This document shows positions 61,233 to 64,000 of a stretch of 64,000 bases of DNA, piece by piece. This stretch comes from Candidatus Bathyarchaeota archaeon. Its GTDB lineage: Archaea; Thermoproteota; Bathyarchaeia; Bathyarchaeales; Bathycorpusculaceae. Where the stretch lies: the NCBI GenBank assembly GCA_963806535.1, contig CAWDYC010000004.1, positions 352,001-416,000 of the forward strand. The letters are read 5' to 3'. Below the pieces are notes generated by a model. That model was not told the origin of the DNA and searched no databases. It was given only the letters and a program-made list of their open reading frames with translations. The position numbers and the translations under genes are program-made. Position 1 is the stretch's first letter. Each line of letters opens with the position of its first letter.

Positions 61233-61251
61233 ATTGAATAAACTATTCAAT
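61233..61251. promoter_or_regulatory. Putative TetR operator
   Basis: Perfect inverted repeat ATTGAATA-AAC-TATTCAAT about 22 nt upstream of the tetR ATG. Confidence 0.7.
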
Positions 61252-61303
61252 CAACTAATAAATATTCTCCAATAGGCACTCTTCTTGCGTCCCTAAACGA
61301 TCA

Positions 61304-61450
61304 AGTTATTGACGGTTTTTGTACAGCTTTTTTCTTTGTGTTTTAAGTTGCTTTCTTGGTTTAGGCTTTGTTTTGTTTGCAGGTTGCGTCTTTAAATGTA
61401 GGAAAATGTAGGGATCTGTAAGAATCTGTAAAAAAATGTAAGAAAAAGGC
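61304..61450 (+). repeat. Dispersed element copy D: head plus GTA repeats at 10-bp phase
   Basis: aggttgcGTC tttaaatGTA ggaaaatGTA gggatctGTA agaatctGTA aaaaaatGTA; shares upstream AGTTATTGACG with copy B. Confidence 0.85.
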
Positions 61451-61519
61451 AGAAATAAGTTGGCGTAAACTTTCAAGAAGTGACGCTTAGCGTTTCTACT
61501 GCATTTTCTTACGCAAATT

Positions 61520-61660
61520 TGTTCTTTGTGTTTCAGTTTGTATTCTTGGTTTAGGGTTTGGGTTAGTTGCAGGACGCGTCACTATAAGTCACTATAAGTC
61601 ATAGGAAGTCACCAAAAGTCACTACGCGTCATAAAAAGTCACAGAAAGTCACAAAAAGAC
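61520..61660 (+). repeat. Dispersed element copy E: head plus GTC repeats at 10-bp phase
   Basis: aggacgcGTC actataaGTC actataaGTC ataggaaGTC accaaaaGTC actacgcGTC ataaaaaGTC acagaaaGTC. Confidence 0.88.
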
Positions 61661-61708
61661 CCTCCCCAGCTCTTAAGTCTTGAAAATCTTCACTGTGCCT
61701 TACAAGAA

Positions 61709-61900
61709 TTATTTTGAATCTCGGTCAGATTCGCCCCAATACAAATCCTGCAGCTCAACAGTGCTAAGCTGCTTATCTGCGTCCACTTTAAGTTCCGTTC
61801 CGCAGTTAGGGCACTGAATGGTTTCGCCAGGCTGAGCATACAGCAAAAAATCTGGTTTATTAGAAAAATCAAACCCACACTCAGGACACTTCTCACCCAT
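61709..61900 (-). CDS. LysW-like double-CxxC zinc-ribbon protein
   Basis: CPECG..GETIQCPNCGTELKV..ELQDLYWGE then SDRDSK; GAGGGG upstream. Confidence 0.7.
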   Translation of the reverse strand: MGEKCPECGFDFSNKPDFLLYAQPGETIQCPNCGTELKVDADKQLSTVELQDLYWGESDRDSK

Positions 61901-62016
61901 GCACTACCCCTCGAAATCCAATTAAGACCACATATGCAACAAACACAAATCACTTTAATTCAATAAATAATTTTGCCCATCATCGGTGAGACACGAGTTT
62001 TGTTTTTTATGCAATT

Positions 62017-62137
62017 TGTCCTTTGCGTTTTGGACTGCTTTTTTGGTTCAGGGTTTGTTGCGTTTGCAGGTTGCGTCTTTATCTGCAAGAAAACGCAAAT
62101 AAACGCAAGAATCTGCAAAAAAACGCAAGAAAAAGCG
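62017..62137 (+). repeat. Dispersed element copy F: head plus GCA repeats at 10-bp phase
   Basis: ttgcGTCttt atctGCAaga aaacGCAaat aaacGCAaga atctGCAaaa aaacGCAaga. Confidence 0.85.
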
Positions 62138-62157
62138 TTCACTCTCAAGAAGTGAAA

Positions 62158-62181
62158 GGTGGGGCTGGCAGGATTTGAACC
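62158..62181 (-). other. tRNA 3' fragment, att-like
   Basis: Reverse complement GGTTCAAATCCTGCCAGCCCCACC (T-loop plus acceptor strand); no 5' half. Confidence 0.7.
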
Positions 62182-62289
62182 AAGAACCGCGCCAAGCCGA
62201 CTCAAGCGTTTTCTTGAGGCATGCTTGTCTGTTTTTTCTTCTTTTGATCAAGTACTCAGCCAAGAGTTGTTTAAAAGAAAGGTGAAGGT

Positions 62290-62547
62290 TTAAGGAATGA
62301 ATCCTCTCATGCAAGGTACATATCCGTAGTTTGCTGGCGTACCTTGATATGCTGATGTTCCAGTTCCAGAGTATCTTGTTCCTCCGAATCCAAAGCATCT
62401 ACCCATCCATCCGAAGACACCATTGTTTGAGGCTGCATTTGTTGTTCCATTTGGGTTTGAAGTAACGATTTGTGCTGAAACTAATCCAACCACGGTTATT
62501 GCTAATACTCCGACTATGACCAATGCGACTATTAGTTTGGTGTTCAT
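62290..62547 (-). CDS. Small secreted Gly-rich protein
   Basis: MNTKLIVALVIVGVLAITVVGLVSAQ signal peptide; GAGGTGA upstream; two Cys. Confidence 0.7.
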   Translation of the reverse strand: MNTKLIVALVIVGVLAITVVGLVSAQIVTSNPNGTTNAASNNGVFGWMGRCFGFGGTRYSGTGTSAYQGTPANYGYVPCMRGFIP

Positions 62548-62767
62548 GTTCTTTTTCACCTCAATACATATTATGGTATTCGAATCATTTGATAGTTGGC
62601 TGAAACAATTATGAAACAGTTTTTTGAAACGTTTTTTCCATTGAAAAAAGGGAATGACTCTGAAAGTTAGCCAAGGATTTTTTTGTAGCATGAGTGGAAC
62701 AGAAATATTAGTTTAACTAAACCTCATACCATACCCATAAACGTCAAGGAATCACTCAGTTAAGAAA

Positions 62768-62797
62768 TCTTGACTAAGAATAGGTGTTTAGTCAAGA
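62768..62797. promoter_or_regulatory. Perfect 10-bp inverted repeat upstream of a secreted-protein gene
   Basis: TCTTGACTAA-N10-TTAGTCAAGA. Confidence 0.55.
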
Positions 62798-62855
62798 ACC
62801 TTTTACGAGAACCCTTTTATCGAGACAACACGCTTGTTTCAATAGAGTTGTAGCT

Positions 62856-64000
62856 ATGAAAAAGGCTTTCCTCAGCGTATTCGTGATAGCCCTCATGATT
62901 AGCGGATTAGCTTCTATCGGAAGTGTGAATCTTAGCACGCAAGCTCAACCACCTGAGTCAAACGCAAATCCTCAATGGGTTCCAGATTCGGCTCTGGTCA
63001 ATGGATTACCAGAATTAGGCCTTATCGGAGAGAATTGTCAATGCTCTATCTTCAACTTGACAGGTAATAATCAATGGAGCCTAATAATAGGTCAAACTAA
63101 CAGTTGGACATTAAATGAGCATCCCTTTTTAGGATACTATTGGGACGGCTCCCAGTGGACCAGCAACTCTACGATAGTCCAAGGTTTAACCGCGTACCCC
63201 AACGAAAACGACCCTACTGTTGGTTTCAATGTTACTGGCGACAACAAGTTTGACATGATAGTCGCCCAATGGGCAGGATATAATCCAACCTCTGGCGTAC
63301 AAAATAATTACGGACCTTGCTGGACAGGATATTCTTGGACCGGTTCTCAATGGGTGGTCAATTCAACCATAATTAACGGCTTACCGACGAATGCTTCTTT
63401 TGGTGGCGGAAACAACTATGCAACTTTGGGTTACAACGTGCTAGGTGACGGCAAATGGGATCTAGTCGTTGACAACTACGGAAACAATGGCTATGTCGGG
63501 TTTGAATGGAATGGAACAGCGTGGGCACAAGAAAGCAATCTAGTGAATGGCTTGCCCAATGCAGGTTCGCCTGGCAATAGCAACCAATTCCCAATTCCAT
63601 GTTTAACTAATAACTTGTCAAACGACAACACACCGACGCTTATAGTCGGTTATTCGAGCGGCGGCGGCCCTAATGGATCAATACAGAGTTTTCAATGGGA
63701 AGGTACAATATGGGTGTCAAACCCAGCATTCAACGTGGGTGTTACTAACCTGCAACCTTGGCCTAATTCTCCAACCGTAGCTTACAATATCACTGGAAAT
63801 GGCCGATGGGAACTATTGATAGGTTCCAGCACGGCGAATCCTGACCAACCAACTTATTATACTGGTTATTACTGGTCCGCTAATAGCGTTCCACTATCAG
63901 TCTCGATAACTCCACTTTCCGTTTCAATGAACATCGGGGAATCCTTAAATTTCACCTCAATTGCATCTGGCGGCACATGGCCCTACAACTATCAATGGTA
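62856..64000 (+). CDS. Secreted repeat protein (FG-GAP-like propeller blades followed by a PKD-like domain), partial
   Basis: MKKAFLSVFVIALMISGLA signal; about 5 repeats of LVNGLP..N.TG...W.L.VG..GY.W.G..W; ASGGTWPYNYQW at the window end; absent from the ORF track. Confidence 0.8.
   Translation, partial: MKKAFLSVFVIALMISGLASIGSVNLSTQAQPPESNANPQWVPDSALVNGLPELGLIGENCQCSIFNLTGNNQWSLIIGQTNSWTLNEHPFLGYYWDGSQWTSNSTIVQGLTAYPNENDPTVGFNVTGDNKFDMIVAQWAGYNPTSGVQNNYGPCWTGYSWTGSQWVVNSTIINGLPTNASFGGGNNYATLGYNVLGDGKWDLVVDNYGNNGYVGFEWNGTAWAQESNLVNGLPNAGSPGNSNQFPIPCLTNNLSNDNTPTLIVGYSSGGGPNGSIQSFQWEGTIWVSNPAFNVGVTNLQPWPNSPTVAYNITGNGRWELLIGSSTANPDQPTYYTGYYWSANSVPLSVSITPLSVSMNIGESLNFTSIASGGTWPYNYQW

Noticed and set aside
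61571-61660. Decamer arrays as CRISPR or coding repeats
   Set aside because: Units are 10 nt with no spacers, and the period is not a multiple of three
61960-62398. Several short ORFs over element copy F and the tRNA fragment
   Set aside because: Low-complexity translations of the repeat; better explained as non-coding

Overview
Archaeal chromosomal segment, most consistent with a Bathyarchaeia-like genome (inference from the archaeal SRP RNA, TrmB, S26B signal peptidase, REC-PAS histidine kinases and many C-terminally anchored secreted proteins). It opens with a trpEGDCBA operon lacking trpF, followed by the SRP RNA. The rest is accessory DNA: three toxin-antitoxin pairs, unannotated small Cys/Zn proteins, an RNase HII-like/zinc-finger fusion, a terminase relic, a truncated IS1182 with a derived MITE, two tRNA 3' fragments, a glycan-modification locus, a TrmB/PQQ-propeller/MFS module and signalling genes. 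Many genes carry single-base frameshifts, probably assembly errors. Three observations stand out. (1) Five membrane-tethered winged-helix regulators are interleaved with secreted proteins, and a TTTGAC-N10-GTCAAA operator sits at a fixed distance from four promoters. (2) A 59-nt element occurs six times, each followed by about 10-bp-phased trinucleotide repeats; one copy lies directly upstream of a MraZ-like tandem-AbrB gene. (3) A 36-bp duplication enclosing a 37-bp insert interrupts the trmB-like gene and has the geometry of an off-target CRISPR spacer integration. All calls are by eye; no database searches were run.
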